DNA of 64,000 bases from Eledone cirrhosa (GCA_964016885.1 OZ024756.1:372001-436000), one strand, 5' to 3'. Positions 48,853 to 63,232 are shown, numbered from the stretch's first letter. Program-made: numbers and translations. The notes: generated by a model from the letters alone, not told the origin.

Positions 48853-51241
48853 GACGCAGTGTTATAATGTTAGACCTTAAATCTGACATAGACACAGTGC
48901 TATAATGTTAGACCTCAGATCTGACAACATAGACACAGTGTTATAATGTTAGACCTTAGATCTTACATAGACAGTGTTATAATGTTAGACCTTAGATCTG
49001 ACAACATAGACAGTGTTATAATGTTAGACCTCAGATCTGAGATAGACACAGTGTTATAATGTTAGACCTTAGATCTGACAACATAGACACAGTGTTATAA
49101 TGTCAGACCTTAGATCTGATAACATAGACACAGTGTTATAATGTTAGACCTTAGATCTGAGATAGACACAGTGTTATAATGTTAGACCTTAGATCTGACA
49201 ACATAGACACAGTGTTATAATGTTAGACCTTAGATCTGAGATAGACACAGTGTTATAATGTTAGACCTTAGATCTGACAACATAGACACAGTGTTATAAT
49301 GTTAGACCTTAGATCTGACAACATAGACACAGTGTTATAATGTTAGACCTTAGATCTGACAACATAGACACAGTGTTATAATGTTAGACCTTAGATCTGA
49401 CAACATAGACACAGTGTTATAATGTTAGACCTTAGATCTGACAACATAGACACAGTGTTATAATGTTAGACCTTAAATCTGAGATAGACACAGTGTTATA
49501 ATGTTAGACCTTAGATCTGACAACATAGACACAGTGTTATAATGTTAGACCTTAGATCTGAGATAGACACAGTGTTATAATGTTAGACCTCAGATCTGAC
49601 AACATAGACACAGTGTTATAATGTTAGACCTCCGATCTGACATAGACACAGTGTTATAATGTTAGACCTCAGATCTGACAACATAAACACAGTGTTATAA
49701 TGTTAGACCTCAGATCTGACAACATAGACACAGTGTTATAATGTTAGACCTTAGATCTGAGATAGACACAGTGTTATTTATAAGGTTAGACCTTAGATCT
49801 GAGATAGACAGTGTTATAATGTTAGACCTTAGATCTTACATAGACACAGTGTTATAATGTTAGACCTCAGATCTGACAACATAAACACAGTGTTATAATG
49901 TTAGACCTCAGATCTGACAACATAGACACAGTGTTATAATGTTAGACCTTAGATCTGAGATAGACACAGTGTTATAATGTTAGACCTCAGATCTGACAAC
50001 ATAGACACAGTGTTATAATGTTAGACCTCCGATCTGACATAGACACAGTGTTATAATGTTAGACCTTAGATCTTACATAGACACAGTGTTATAATGTTAG
50101 ACCTCAGATCTGACAACATAAACACAGTGTTATAATGTTAGACCTCAGATCTGACAACATAGACACAGTGTTATAATGTTAGACCTCCGATCTGACATAG
50201 ACACAGTGTTATAATGTTAGACCTTAGATCTTACATAGACACAGTGTTATAATGTTAGACCTCAGATCTGACAACATAAACACAGTGTTATAATGTTAGA
50301 CCTCAGATCTGACAACATAGACACAGTGTTATAATGTTAGACCTTAGATCTGAGATAGACACAGTGTTATTTATAAGGTTAGACCTTAGATCTGAGATAG
50401 ACAGTGTTAAATTGTTAGACCTTAAATCTGAGATAGACACAGTGTTATAACGTTAGACCTTAGATCTGACAACATAGACACAGTGTTATTTATAAGGTTA
50501 GACCTTAGATCTGAGATAGACAGTGTTAAAATGTTAGACCTTAAATCTGAGATAGACACAGTGTTATAATGTTAGACCTTAGATCTGACAACATAGACAC
50601 AGTGTTATAATGTTAGACCTTAGATCTGAGATAGACACAGTGTTATAATGTTAGACCTCAGATCTGACAACATAGACACAGTGTTATAATGTTAGACCTT
50701 AGATCTTACATAGACAGTGTTATAATGTTAGACCTCAGATCTGACAACATAAACACAGTGTTATAATGTTAGACCTCAGATCTGACAACATAGACACAGT
50801 GTTATAATGTTAGACCTTAGATCTGAGATAGACACAGTGTTATAATGTTAGACCTCAGATCTGATAATATAGACAGTGTTATAATGTTAGACCTTAGATC
50901 TGAGATAGACACAGTGTTATAAGGTTAAACCTTAGATCTGACAACATAGACACAGTGTTATTTATAAGGTTAGACCTTAGATCTGACAACATAGACACAG
51001 TGTTATAAGGTTAGACCTTAGATCTGACAACATAGACACAGTGTTATAAGGTTAGACCTTAGATCTGACAACATAGACACAGTGTTATAATGTTAGACCT
51101 TAGATCTGACAACATAGACACAGTGTTATAATGTTAGACCTTAGATCTGACAACATAGACACAGTGTTATAATGTTAGACCTTAGGTCTGACTGACAACA
51201 TAGACACAGTGTTATAATGTTAGACTTCTGATCTGACAACA
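48853..51241. repeat. 37-42 bp satellite, right block
   Basis: same unit as the left block, resumes at the TSD. Confidence 0.98.
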
Positions 51242-51532
51242 GGTGTACCACTTGACTAGATCAATGGAACAGCTTGCTTGCAAAAATTAACATGAAAGTG
51301 GCTGAGCTTTTCACAGACACGTGTACCCTTAACGTAGTTCTCTGGTAGATTCAATGTGATAAGATTGGACCTTTGAATTACAGGTAGGTACAATTTATAT
51401 CATGCCAGCTGAGTGAACTGCTGCAACGTGAAATAAAGTGTCTTACTCAAGGACAACACATCACCAGGAATTGAACTCACGACATTACAATTGTGGGACA
51501 AACAGCCTAACAATTAAATTGCATACCTCCAC
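51242..51532 (-). mobile_element. SINE S2, near full length
   Basis: reverse complement of the 3703-type head plus central domain. Confidence 0.8.
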
Positions 51533-51539
51533 TTCTTTG

Positions 51540-52010
51540 CCTACTTATTCCTGAGAGGGTCATGGTGGCAGAGTCCTCAAACACTCCCTCCAGTGGGTCC
51601 TGTCAGAAGCAACTGTCTCCAACTGAATCCCCAAACAAGATCAGCCAAGCTCATGGAGGTTATCCAACCATCTTGCTCGAGGTCTACTCCTGGGTCTCCT
51701 GCCAATTGATTTTGCCCATAAAATCTTGTCCAGCTATTCTTTCCTGAGACTTTCTAACCACATACCCATAGTATCGGAGCTGGCGGCTCTCCCTGGAGTG
51801 ACTCTGATCTCTGACCCAATTTTTGCACTTAATTCAGCCTCTTGCTTAGACCCCGAGATACTTGAACTTCTCTACCTGCTTTAGTGGAAATCCATTTACA
51901 TGTAGAGTGCATGGCGCAAGCTTCATTGAGAGGATGAGTGTCTTAGTTTTTGCAACACTGATTTTCATTCCAGCCATGCAACACTCAGCATCAAAGCTAT
52001 CAAGTGCAAG
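51540..52010 (-). mobile_element. RTE-like family C 3' fragment
   Basis: homology to 25900-26150. Confidence 0.7.
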
Positions 52011-52659
52011 TCAAGGGTATAAATCAAAGTTTTAGCTGCCATACAGCAGGTACTAATCACAAAACACTCAATGGATCAAGAAGCTAAATATTATCGTCCA
52101 CAACACAACAGTTATAAAGTGTGACACCAAGAAAAACGACCGAATGCGGTGCTTATGTTTATACCACAACGATAAATATAAATGTAATTAGAGAGAGTCG
52201 GCGTCCCACAGCTCTTGAAACAGCAAGAATTCAGCCATCGGTCCCTAACTCTCTCTAAGATAGTTATACTCTACTATCACAAGTATTGAGTACTCTGCTG
52301 AATAATGGTCTTACTAGTTTAATACTGATCTGTCTATATATGTGTGTGTCTATCCATTTATATATGTATGCGCATGTGTGTGGATACACGCGCGCGCGCA
52401 CTCACATAAATAAATGGATAGATAAAGAGATAGTGAATTTCTACTTGGTGGTTGTATAGACATGTGAGTGGAATGGGGGAAGAATTGATTGTAAAAGAGC
52501 AGAAGATTCTTACATTTGTTGTTTTGAAGGCTGCTGGCTCACTGCCACAAACCAATCTATAAGGACAGTGAGTAAACATTTCTCTGGTACCAATGTATGG
52601 TGATGGCAGTGGTAGTCGTTATGGGGGTGCAAGTTGTAGTGGTGAGGGTGGTGGTAGTG

Positions 52660-52905
52660 GTGGTGGGGAAAGTGGTGGTGGGGGAAAATGGTGGGGAGGG
52701 CAAGTGGTGGTGGGGGAAAATGGTGGGGAGGGCAAGTGGTGGTGGGGGAAAATGGTGGGGAGGGCAAGTGGTGGTGGGGGAAAGTGGTGGGGAGGGCAAG
52801 TGGTGGTGGGGGAAAGTGGTGGGGAGGGCAAGTGGTGGTGGGGGAAAGTGGTGGGGAGGACAAGTGGTGGTGGGGGAAAGTGGTGGGGAGGGCAAGTGGT
52901 GGTGA
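52660..52905 (+). repeat. 32-bp G-rich minisatellite
   Basis: gtggtggggagggcaagtggtggtgggggaaa, about 7 copies. Confidence 0.95.
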
Positions 52906-53184
52906 GAGTTGAAGTAGACATGGTGGTGGAAGTGGTGGTGGTGAGGGTGGAAGTGCAGGAGGTGAGACATTGTTCTTGTTCCTGTACTACACAGAACAAA
53001 GAAATGTATGTCTACAAGAATTTATGTCAGTACTAATACTGCCACCGCGAATACTTGCCAGAGTAGGTAGAGCATCCAACATGTGTCCTGTCCCCATAAA
53101 CAGTTAAGCCAGATTCAAGGACCTGTCACCTCCCCACCCACCCACCACCAATAAAATTCAATAAATTACTTCCTCCCTCCATAC

Positions 53185-54050
53185 AGTAGTTAGTATAGCT
53201 AGTACAGTTAGTATAATTAGTACAGCTAGTATAGTTACTATAGTTAGTACAGATAGTATAGTTAGTATACTTAGTACAGCTAGTATCGCTAGTACAGGTA
53301 GTATAGTTGGTACAGCTAGTATAATTAGTTCAGCTAGTATAGTTGGTACAGTTAGAATAGTTAGTACAGCTAGTACAGTTGGTACAGTTGGTACAGTTAG
53401 TATAGTTAGTATAGTTAGTATAGTTGGTACAGTTAGAATAGTACAGCTAGTATAGTTGGTCCAGTTAGAATAGTTAGTACAGGTAGTATAGTTGGTACAG
53501 TTAGTATAGTTGGTACAGCTAGTATAGTTGGTACAGCTAGTATAGTTGGTACAGTTAGTATAGTTGGTACAGTTATAATAGTTAGTATAGCTAGTATAGT
53601 TGGTAATTAGAATAGTTATTACAACTAGTATAGTTGGTACAGTTAGAATAGTTAGTACAACTAGTATAGTTGGTACAGTTAGAATAGTTAGTACAGCTAG
53701 TATAGTTGGTACAGTTAGTATAGTTGGTACAGTTATAATAGTTAGTATAGCTAGTATAGTTGGTAATTAGAATAGTTATTACAACTAGTATAGTTGGTAC
53801 AGTTAGAATAGTTAGTACAGCTAGTATAGTTGGTACAGTTAGAATAGTTAGTACAGCTAGTATAGTTGGTACAGTTAGAATAGTTAGTACAACTAGTACA
53901 GTTGGTACAGTTAGAATAGTTAGTACAGCTAGTACAGTTGGTACAGTTAGAATAGTTAGTACAGCTAGTACAGTTGGTACAGTTAGAATAGTTAGTACAG
54001 CTAGTACAGTTGGTACAGCTAGTATAGTCGGTACAGTTAAAATAGTTAGT
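53185..54050. repeat. 9-bp period repeat with 36-bp higher-order unit
   Basis: agttagtac-agctagtat-agttggtac-agttagaat. Confidence 0.95.
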
Positions 54051-54447
54051 AAGCAGGTAAAGCTTTCGAAGAGAGTTCATTAGTAACAACAAGCCTGCTA
54101 CTGCTGCTCTACTAAGTCATATATGTTAAATAAAACCTTGAACTAGTAACACAATAGTTAAATGTTTAGTTAGTATCTAGATTAATCCTGTCTATTAAGC
54201 AGTATTTATAATACATTATTTTCTGCAGGTTTATATATGTATCTCCAGGACTAAATCAATTTAAGTAGAAAACCAACTCTCATGTAGCAACTAAACGGTT
54301 CAATGATTTAGGTCAATTTTACTACAGTTGATACTATGTCAAATAAATAGATATTTTCAATGTATGTTAGCTCAAAGTTACCGAATGGTTGCCAATGGTT
54401 GCACTACCATTACACCAAAGTATGATTTACAAATTTTCCCTCCCATT

Positions 54448-54622
54448 GTATCGGTAGAGGGTTGGACGCCATGCTTTCCAGCATAGTTACGTCCCTTTAC
54501 GATCTGAGTTCAAATCCCGCCGAGGTTGACTTTGCCTTTCATCCTTACGGAGTCAATAAAATAAAGTACCAGTAATGCACCTGGTATTTGCTGGCCTTGT
54601 GCCTAAAGTAGAAACAATTATT
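54448..54622 (+). mobile_element. SINE S1
   Basis: matches 55755-55948. Confidence 0.92.
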
Positions 54623-54720
54623 TTATGCCTAATCTATCAGCCAGTCGATGTAAATAGACAATTGTATTTTTAAGAAGTGTTGAGTAAATTATGAATTTTA
54701 TATGATGTATGTTAGCTTAA

Positions 54721-54935
54721 CCCTTTAGCATTTACATTATATATACTATTGTATTTTTGTGCTAATGGCTTTACTTACCTTACATAATTATCTCACATAA
54801 TATTGAATCTATGAGATTTTGATATTATTTATTTTGAGAACAATACCTTAACATCAGTTTGAGTGGCCGGTTATGACCAGTTCAAACAGAAAGAGGTGAG
54901 AGAATTTTGGCTGGATATGGCTGGTTTAAATGCTA
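54721..54935 (+). mobile_element. MITE M1, right end truncated
   Basis: TTAA|CCCTTTAGCATTT. Confidence 0.85.
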
Positions 54936-55754
54936 ATCGCTTCAATACAGGGTTTTGGGGGATTTTTTTACTATAAAAAAGTTGAACAAGTTGGGCATAT
55001 AAGAGGCCCCTAGAGATAGAAAAAAGTGAACAGTATTGCCTATAAGAGTATTGTCTCATTTTCTCTGGAAGACATCTGCAGTATTTATATCTGGAGAGGG
55101 ATAAGCTCCACAAGGTTTTAAATGCCCAGCACACACAATGTTTCAGGACGGTGCCCCTACAATTCAATCAAGAGTTAAGAGCCCTTTCTTTTTTCTAGTC
55201 ACGGAGGTAAAGGCAGTGCGCATGACCCATTCCTGAGTCAAACTGGAGACCTGGTTTAAATGTTTGCAACAGAGTAAGACTCCACTAAAGGCACACAAGG
55301 ATCAAAAGATAGGGTTCAACTGAGCCATGGATTAAGTCTCCCACACTTCCACACAGTTACAGCTGGATTTGGACTTAGAACACTAAGATATGTAACAAGT
55401 ACCATACTACACAGTGTCTTCTCTGATACTCTAACAACCCTCTCAATCCACTAGGACTGAGTACTTATTTTAATCAACCCTGAAAAAATGAAAGTGAAAG
55501 ATTACCCTTAAACCTCTCCTGTTTCTACAACACACAACTGTTATAGCAAAGTGTTCATATTTATATCAAACTTTCCATCATAACTTTACGTAAAAACCTT
55601 TGTTAACTTATGCTTCAACCACCAGTTTAATGGTGGAAAATTTATAGTAATCCATTTATATTTATCTAAAAAAACATTTCAGTCATAATTTTATGTAAAC
55701 ACCTTTGTTAAGTTAAGTTCCAAACATTGGGTAAATAATGAGAAAGTTAGTTAT

Positions 55755-55948
55755 GGCAGTGGATTGGCAGTATCGGTAGAGGGTCGGACGCCATGCTTTA
55801 CAGTAAACAGTTACGTCCCTTTACGGTCTGAGTTCAAATCCTGCCAAGGTTGACTTTGCCTTTCATCCTTACGGGGCCGATAAAATAAAGTACCAGTAAT
55901 GCAATGGTGTAATTGCTGGCCTTGTGCCAAAAGTAGAAACAATTATTA
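55755..55948 (+). mobile_element. SINE S1, full length
   Basis: A-box TGGCAGTATCGG, B-box GAGTTCAAATCC, core and (att)n tail. Confidence 0.95.
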
Positions 55949-56173
55949 AATCTTTCCAAATGAGTATAACTCCTTCGAAATTACTTGGAAATCACAGACA
56001 GTGGTCATTCAATTAAAAATATTGTAATGAAGGAGTTTCTAGCAAGCCTAGTTGTAGAGAAACACAATGGTAAGGTATCAACTGAAAACGTAACATTTTA
56101 TTTATTTAAAAACACAAATCTTATTTTTTACTTTCTATACTGAAGAATCATCAATTCTTTTCCTTACCATTTA

Positions 56174-56185
56174 CACACACACACA

Positions 56186-56268
<83 letters not shown>

Positions 56269-56635
56269 GTCACGTGTATATATATGTACATACAGTTTCA
56301 TGGATATATACACACCCAGTGTCGTATATATATATATATACACACAGTCTCATATATATATATATATACACACACAGTCTCATGTATATACACACAGTCT
56401 CATGTGTATATACACACACACAGTCTTGTATATATATATACACACACAGCCTCATGTATATATATACACACACAGTCTTGTATATATATATACACACACA
56501 CAGCCTCATGTATATATACACAGTCTCGTGTATATATATATATACACACACACAGTCTCATGTATATATATATATATATATATATATACATACACACACA
56601 CACAGTCTCATGTATATATATACACACACAGTCTC

Positions 56636-56673
<38 letters not shown>

Positions 56674-56677
56674 TCTC
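56174..56677. repeat. TA/CA compound repeat with cagtctcatg unit (continues at 58348-58475)
   Basis: same unit on both sides of the RTE. Confidence 0.95.
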
Positions 56678-58343
56678 AAGTAACAGAAAGAGTTATAGCA
56701 CAGTTGATTAGGGACCGGGTGAAAATAGACGAGATGCAATTTGGGTTTGTACCAGGAAGAGGCAGCACTGATGCCCTCTTCCTTGTGAGGCAGTTACAGG
56801 AAAAGTACCTAGCTAAAAGTAAGCCACTCTACTTGGCATTTGTCGACCTTGAGAAAGCCTTTGACAGAGTTCCACGTGCTGTAATCTGGTGGGCTCTTAG
56901 AAAACTAGGAGTAGAGGAATGGCTTGTGAAAGCGGTACAAGCCATGTATAATGGAGCAGTCAGCAAAGTTAGGATTAGCAATGAGTATAGCGAGGAATTT
57001 AGCGTACAGGTTGGGGTCCACCAGGGCTCTGTTCTTAGCCCCCTCCTGTTCATCATAGTCCTGCAGGCAATAACGGAGGAGTTTAAGACCGGATGCCCAT
57101 GGGAACTCCTGTATGCTGATGACCTCGCACTCATAGCTGAATCTATGGTAGAACTAGAGAATAAATTCCAAACTTGGAAGCAGGGACTAGAAAGAAAGGG
57201 TCTCAAAGTCAACATGACAAAGACTAAGGTCCTTGTAAGTAGACGAGAAAACAGAACCCAGATCCCCTCAGGGAAATGGCCTTGCTCAGTATATAGGAAA
57301 GGTGTAGGTAGGAACTCCATTCTCTGCCCCAAATGCAAACAATGGATACACAAGAGATGTAGCGGGATCTCAGGAAGCTTAATTAAGAATGTAGGCTTCA
57401 CATGCAGCAAACAGCCACAGGAAACAAGTACCACCAATCTCTGGGAGGGCTCTGTAGAAACAGTAGACAGCTTCTGCTACCTAGGTGACCGAATTAGCAG
57501 CGGAGGTGGGTGTTCAGAAAGTACAATAACTAGGGTAAGAACGGGATGGAAGAAGTTTAGGGAACTACTACCACTGCTAGCTGCAAAAGGCTTCTCCCTC
57601 AGAATGAAAGGCAGACTGTATGATGTGTGTATCCGAACAGCAATGTTGCATGGTAGTGAGACCTGGGCGCTGAAGGTGGAAGACTTACGTAGATTAGAGA
57701 GAAACGAAGCCTGCATGCTCCGATGGATGTGTAACAGTAATATACGTGAACGACAAAGCATAAATGAATTAAGAGAGAGACTGAGCATAAGAGGAATCAA
57801 ATGCTGTGTGCAGGAGAGGCGGTTGCGCTGGTATGGACATGTGATGCGTATGAAGGATGACAGCTGCATAAAAAGGTGCAGAGCACTAGAAGTTGATGGC
57901 AACCGCAGAGTGGGGAGACCCAAGATGACCTGGGATGAGGTGATAAAAGCCGACCTTACCCAATTACACCTCTCAAAGGCAATGACACATGACCGTGACC
58001 TCTGGCGTCACGCAGTAATACAGAGTACCCGACCTCCCATGGGAACAAGCTGAAGCATATAGACAATATGCCCCCACACCCCCCCACCGCAAGGTGGTCG
58101 TGGAGGTGCCACGGCAAAAAAGCACCCAGCCCACACTGTAAAGTAGACGTGTAGGCACCTCGAAAAAGCACCCAGCACTCACTGTAAATGAGGTTGGTGT
58201 TAGGAAGGGCATCCAGCTGTAGAAATCAAGCCAAATCAGTTCCTGTATGAGCAAGGCATGGTCAGCCGACCAGCCACTGCCCACAACAGGACACCCCGTC
58301 TAACCCATGCTAGCGTGGAAGAACGGACGTAAAACGGTGATGA

Positions 58344-58347
<4 letters not shown>
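56678..58347 (+). mobile_element. RTE LINE family A, 5' truncated; RT frame open to 58053
   Basis: near-identical to 23905-25600; 21-bp deletion in the Cys cluster. Confidence 0.97.
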
Positions 58348-58390
<43 letters not shown>

Positions 58391-58398
58391 GTCTCATG

Positions 58399-58459
<61 letters not shown>

Positions 58460-58591
58460 TCACACAGTCTCATGTGTACCAATGGCGGTGTATAACTAAA
58501 TATTTGTACCTCAACAGTAGTTTGACAAAAGTAAGTGCAGTGTCATGTCATGTTATAGCTTTGGCTTCAAACTAAAAATACAATATTTTGG

Positions 58592-58889
58592 AGTGTGTCT
58601 GTCTGTGTGTGTATACTTCTGTCTGTGTGTATACTTCTGTCTGTGTGTATACTTCTGTCTGTGTGTGTGTATACTTCTGTCTGTCTGTCTGTATATACGT
58701 CTGTGTGTGTGTGTGTATACTTGTCTGTGTGTGTGTATATACTTCTGTCTGTGTGTGTGTATACTTCTGTGTGTATATATACTTCTGTCTGTGTGTGTGT
58801 GTGTGTGTGTATACTTCTGTCTGTCTGTGTGTATATACTTCTGTCTGTCTGTGTGTATATACTTCTGTATGTGTGTGTGTGTGTACTTC

Positions 58890-58923
<34 letters not shown>

Positions 58924-59017
58924 TGTGTGTGTGTGTGTGTGTACTTCTGTGTGTGTGTGTGTGTGTGTATATACTTGTCTGTCTGTGTATATACTTCTGT
59001 CTGTGCGTATATACTTC

Positions 59018-59113
<96 letters not shown>

Positions 59114-59365
59114 CTTCTGTCTCTGTGTATATATATATACTTCTGTCTGTCTGTGTATATATACTTCTGTCTGTGTGTATATTTCTGACTGTGTGTGTGT
59201 ATATATTTCTGAGTGTGTGTATATACTTCTGTCTGTGTGTATATACTTCTGTCTGTGAGTGTGTGCACACTTCTGTCTGTGAGTGTGTGTATATTTCTGT
59301 CTGTGTGTGCGCACACTTCTGTGTGTGTATGTGCACACTTGTGTGTGTGTGTGTGTGTGTGTGTA
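58592..59365. repeat. (GT)n compound repeat with atacttctgt unit
   Basis: direct inspection. Confidence 0.97.
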
Positions 59366-59596
59366 AGTGAACATATGTGAACAAGATAAAGAGAATCAGG
59401 TCAAGCAGATAACACTGTTGTTGTAACAGCCAAAGTCCACAAAACAGGATGTAAAAGAGAGAAGTGTTGGAAGTTCACTCAAATAGACGAGTCATTGTCA
59501 TCATTCTTTCATGTCCCCTTTTCCTGCTGGCATGGGTTGGGCAGTTTGTAACAGTCCAAGACCTGACAGGTCAGAGCTTCATACTCTCCATATATC

Positions 59597-60175
59597 ACAT
59601 GGTTTCTATAGTTGGATATCCTTCTTAATACCAACCACTTCACAGAGTGAACTGGGTGTGACATGGTTTCTATAGTTGGATATCCTTCTTTACAGAGTGG
59701 ACTGGGTGTGACATGGTTTCTATAGTTGGATATCCTTCTTTACAGAGTGGACTGGGTGTGACATGGTTTCTACAGTTGGATATCCTTCTTTATAGAGTGA
59801 ACTGGGTGTGACATGGTTTCTAAAGTTGGATATCCTTCTTTACAGAGTGGACTGGGTGTGACATGGTTTCTACAGTTGGATATCCTTCTTTATAGAGTGA
59901 ACTGGGTGTGACATGGTTTCTACAGTTGGATATCCTTCTTTATAGAGTGAACTGGGTGTGACATGGTTTCTACAGTTGGATATCCTTCTTTATAGAGTGA
60001 ACTGGGTGTGACATGGTTTCTACAGTTGGATATCCTTCTTTACAGAGTGGATTGGGTGTGACATGGTTTCTAAAGTTGGATATCCTTCTTAATACCAACC
60101 ACTTTACAGAGTGGACTGGGTGTGACATGGTTTCTATAGTTGGATATCCTTCTTTACAGAGTGGACTGGGTGTGT
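59597..60175. repeat. 50-bp minisatellite inside a minus-strand RTE-tail retroposon (59495-60200)
   Basis: acatggtttctayagttggatatccttctttayagagtgractgggtgtg, about 11 copies. Confidence 0.92.
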
Positions 60176-60319
60176 ATTTTAAATGGCACCAGCACTAGAA
60201 GTTGTCACATGCTAGACAGGATTAAAGGGTTCTTTCAAATCCAAAATAATAACAATAACAATGATAATAATTTCTAATTGAGACACAAGGGCAGCAATTA
60301 TATTGACCTCTGAAGGGTA

Positions 60320-60809
60320 TGAAGCTTGTTAGGACCCACACAGACTAAGGCCCAGCTTTAGCAAGGAGTAATGGTCATAAAACACTTGTATATATTGGTT
60401 TCTAATACAAGGTCAGCATACTTGGAGGAAGGGCAAAGTTGATTATATCAACCCAGTTCTTTACCTGTACTTTATTTTACCCACCCCAAGGAAGGATGAA
60501 AGGTAAAGTTGTCCACAGAGAGATTTGAAATGAGAATGTAAAGAACTGGGAACAAATACTACAAAACATTTGTCTAACGCCCCAACACCTCTGCCAACCT
60601 CTACTACCCTAACATCTCTACCAATCTACTGACTGCCCTTATAATAAATAATTCTGGCACATGGTCATTAATCTGGGAGAAGGGGAAAGTCAAGTATATC
60701 AACTCCAATATTTAACTGGAGGTATGAAAGGTAAAGTTGATCTTGGCTGGGGATTTGAACTCAGAATATAGAGAGCTGGAACACTGTTAAATATCTGCTT
60801 GACACTCTC
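60320..60809 (+). repeat. Dispersed duplicate of 38860-39345
   Basis: near-identical, including non-repeat sequence and degraded SINEs. Confidence 0.92.
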
Positions 60810-60844
60810 ATGGCTGCCAATCTCCCTGCCCTAGTAATAATGAT

Positions 60845-61125
60845 TTCTCATTTAGGCACAAGGCCAGCAGTTTCGGGAAGAGGAGGCTTCTTCTTCTCCC
60901 ACTAGTCCTGAGAGGGTCATGGGGGCAGAGTTCTCAAACATTCCTTCCAACAGGTCCGTCAGAAGCAACCGTTTCCAACTGATCCAGCGGGATCTTCAAG
61001 CAAGACCAGCCAAGCTCATGGAGCCCAAAGGTAATTAAATCGTCCTCAATAGTTATTTTATTTTATCGACCCCCAGAAGGATGAAAGGCAATGTTGACCT
61101 TGACGATACCTGAACTCAGAACATA
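60845..61125 (-). mobile_element. S1-related SINE interrupted by an RTE family C tip (60887-61025)
   Basis: SINE tail at 60845-60880, core at 61060-61120. Confidence 0.65.
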
Positions 61126-62139
61126 ATGATGATGATGATGAAACAAAAGTGGTTTCGGGGAAACTTGTGGCTAACCAACTGATTCTATTTATTTTGTTTT
61201 TGTTTTCGTATTTCTTCCTTTCCAAACTAAACAGGAAAGTGAAATAAGTTGAACAAAACCAGTTTCTATGGATTGTGGGAGAACTTGTGGCTAGAATGGA
61301 AAATTGTTAGAAATTGGTGGAAGTGTGTGTGTAACTGTATGTCATAGTGTGTGTGTGATTGTTTATAATTGTGTCTGTGAGAGACTATGTGTGTGTGTAA
61401 GTGTGTCGATGAGAGTATTCATGTATATATGTATGTATAAATGGCTGCAAGAAAGGACAAGTGTGTGCATAAGTGCGTGGGTGAGAGTGTGTATGTGTAT
61501 AAATGTGTCTATGAGAGAGAGAGAGAGAGTGTGTATAAGTTCAACTATGTGTGTGTGAGTGTATAAGTGCGACTGTGTGTGTATGTGTGACTGTGTAAAG
61601 TGCGACTTTGTACAAGTGTGTCAGTTGATGTATGTGTGTGTGAAGTAGGCATGCGTGTGAGTACATATATGAATAATGTTTAAGTGTGCACATGAGAATA
61701 CATACAAAGTGTGACTGTGTGTCTGTGTGTGTGTTTAAGTGTATTAGTAGGTGTGGGTGGTTATGATAAGTATGTGTTTAAGAGTGCGTGAATGTATATG
61801 AGTGGTTTTGTGGAATAATTAAACTCATAGTAAAGAGAGAGTTTAATAGTAACATGTTTCCTCTCATGCATGTTGGGTGGCAGCATTAATCTGTAACCAG
61901 CTTTAACACCACCACCCTCTAGTATATTGCTGGATTTTAGTGGGGTCATTGCAAACATTCAGACCAGGATTTTAGTTCAAGGATACCTCCCACCAGTCTT
62001 AGAGGGTCTGTAAAAGGGCCATAGGCACAGCCCTTCTTTCCTTGATGAAGGAGTAAAAATAAAATAAAATATATGTTGATATATTTAAGAGCATAAATCA
62101 GTAAAAATGGCAGTCTTTACAGGAACAGATAAATTATTT

Positions 62140-62197
62140 TTATTGTTAGTAAACTTTGGTTTATATATATTTGTGTGTGTGAGACTGTTAGTAAACT

Positions 62198-62261
<64 letters not shown>

Positions 62262-62460
62262 GTGATTGTTAGTAAACTATGGTGTGTATATATATGATTG
62301 TTAGTAAACTAGTATATGTATTTATGTGATTGTTAGTAAACTAGTATATATATTTATGTGATTGTTAATAAACTGTGGTATATATATGTTTGTGAGACTG
62401 TTAGTAAACTGGTATATATATATATATATATGTATGTGATTGTTAGTAAACTGAATAATA
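62140..62460. repeat. tgttagtaaact-(TA)n minisatellite
   Basis: about 8 units. Confidence 0.9.
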
Positions 62461-63232
62461 TATATTTATTGGCCAAACAATAAACGTTATCCAGTGATGT
62501 ATTCCAGACTGTATTATCATTGTTGACAATCGGACAACTGTGTGAAGAGAACCAGGGAAAGTTCTTTTAATGCTGCAGTACTAGCTCGGAGATACCATCT
62601 TGGTTGCTAATGTATAAATTTTGAGGGAAGCAGGTTATTTCGAGGGCTGCCCCAGGTGACATACATTCTAGTTAGGGCTCAGCTTTTATCCTTCTGGGGT
62701 TTAATAAAGGACCAGTCAAGTACTGATGTTGATTCCTCTTGCTCTTTATCCCAGAAATCCTGAATGTTGTGCCATCAGAGGAAGGGTTATAGATGACTGA
62801 TCATAGGACCCCTTTTCTTCAGAAATGGTGAAGGGTTGAGCCAGCAAGGAAAGAAGTCCCAACAATCTCTCAGAAAATTGATATTCTACAGCAACTGATG
62901 AAGGCGAGCTCAATGTGCAGTAGAGAGCAGGATAAAATCAATAAATTCCTCATCATCAATATGATTTCCAAATTAACACAGTTTAGACACTTGCTATGTC
63001 TAATACCAGAACAGGTTAGAGTGACCTCATCTTGGTCCTATATTTGGCATGGTTTCTATAGCTGGATGTCCTTCCTAATGCCAAATACCTTACAGGCTGT
63101 CCTGGCTGCATTTTGTTTAAAACACCACCATTACCACTTTACAGAGTGCACTGGGTGCATTTTATTATGACACAACTACTACCACTTTACAGGGTGTACC
63201 AGGTGCATTATATATATATATGTGTGTGTATT

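Noticed and set aside
40023-51241. CRISPR-like array next to an RT/integrase
   Set aside because: Head-to-tail units with no unique spacers, no cas genes, and the TSD shows the Gypsy simply inserted into it
53751-54092. TNYSNCTNCTSC repeat protein (antifreeze-like)
   Set aside because: Part of a larger 9-bp DNA repeat with indels; no splice or start context
55755-55845. tRNA genes at SINE heads (also 3703, 9978, 63233)
   Set aside because: A and B boxes are present, but they run into SINE bodies with no complete cloverleaf
56284-56677. N-terminal YIHT-rich extension of the 589-aa ORF
   Set aside because: Chance in-frame read-through from a microsatellite into a truncated LINE
58545-59384. 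200-270 aa Cys/Val or His/Thr ORFs
   Set aside because: GT microsatellite translation
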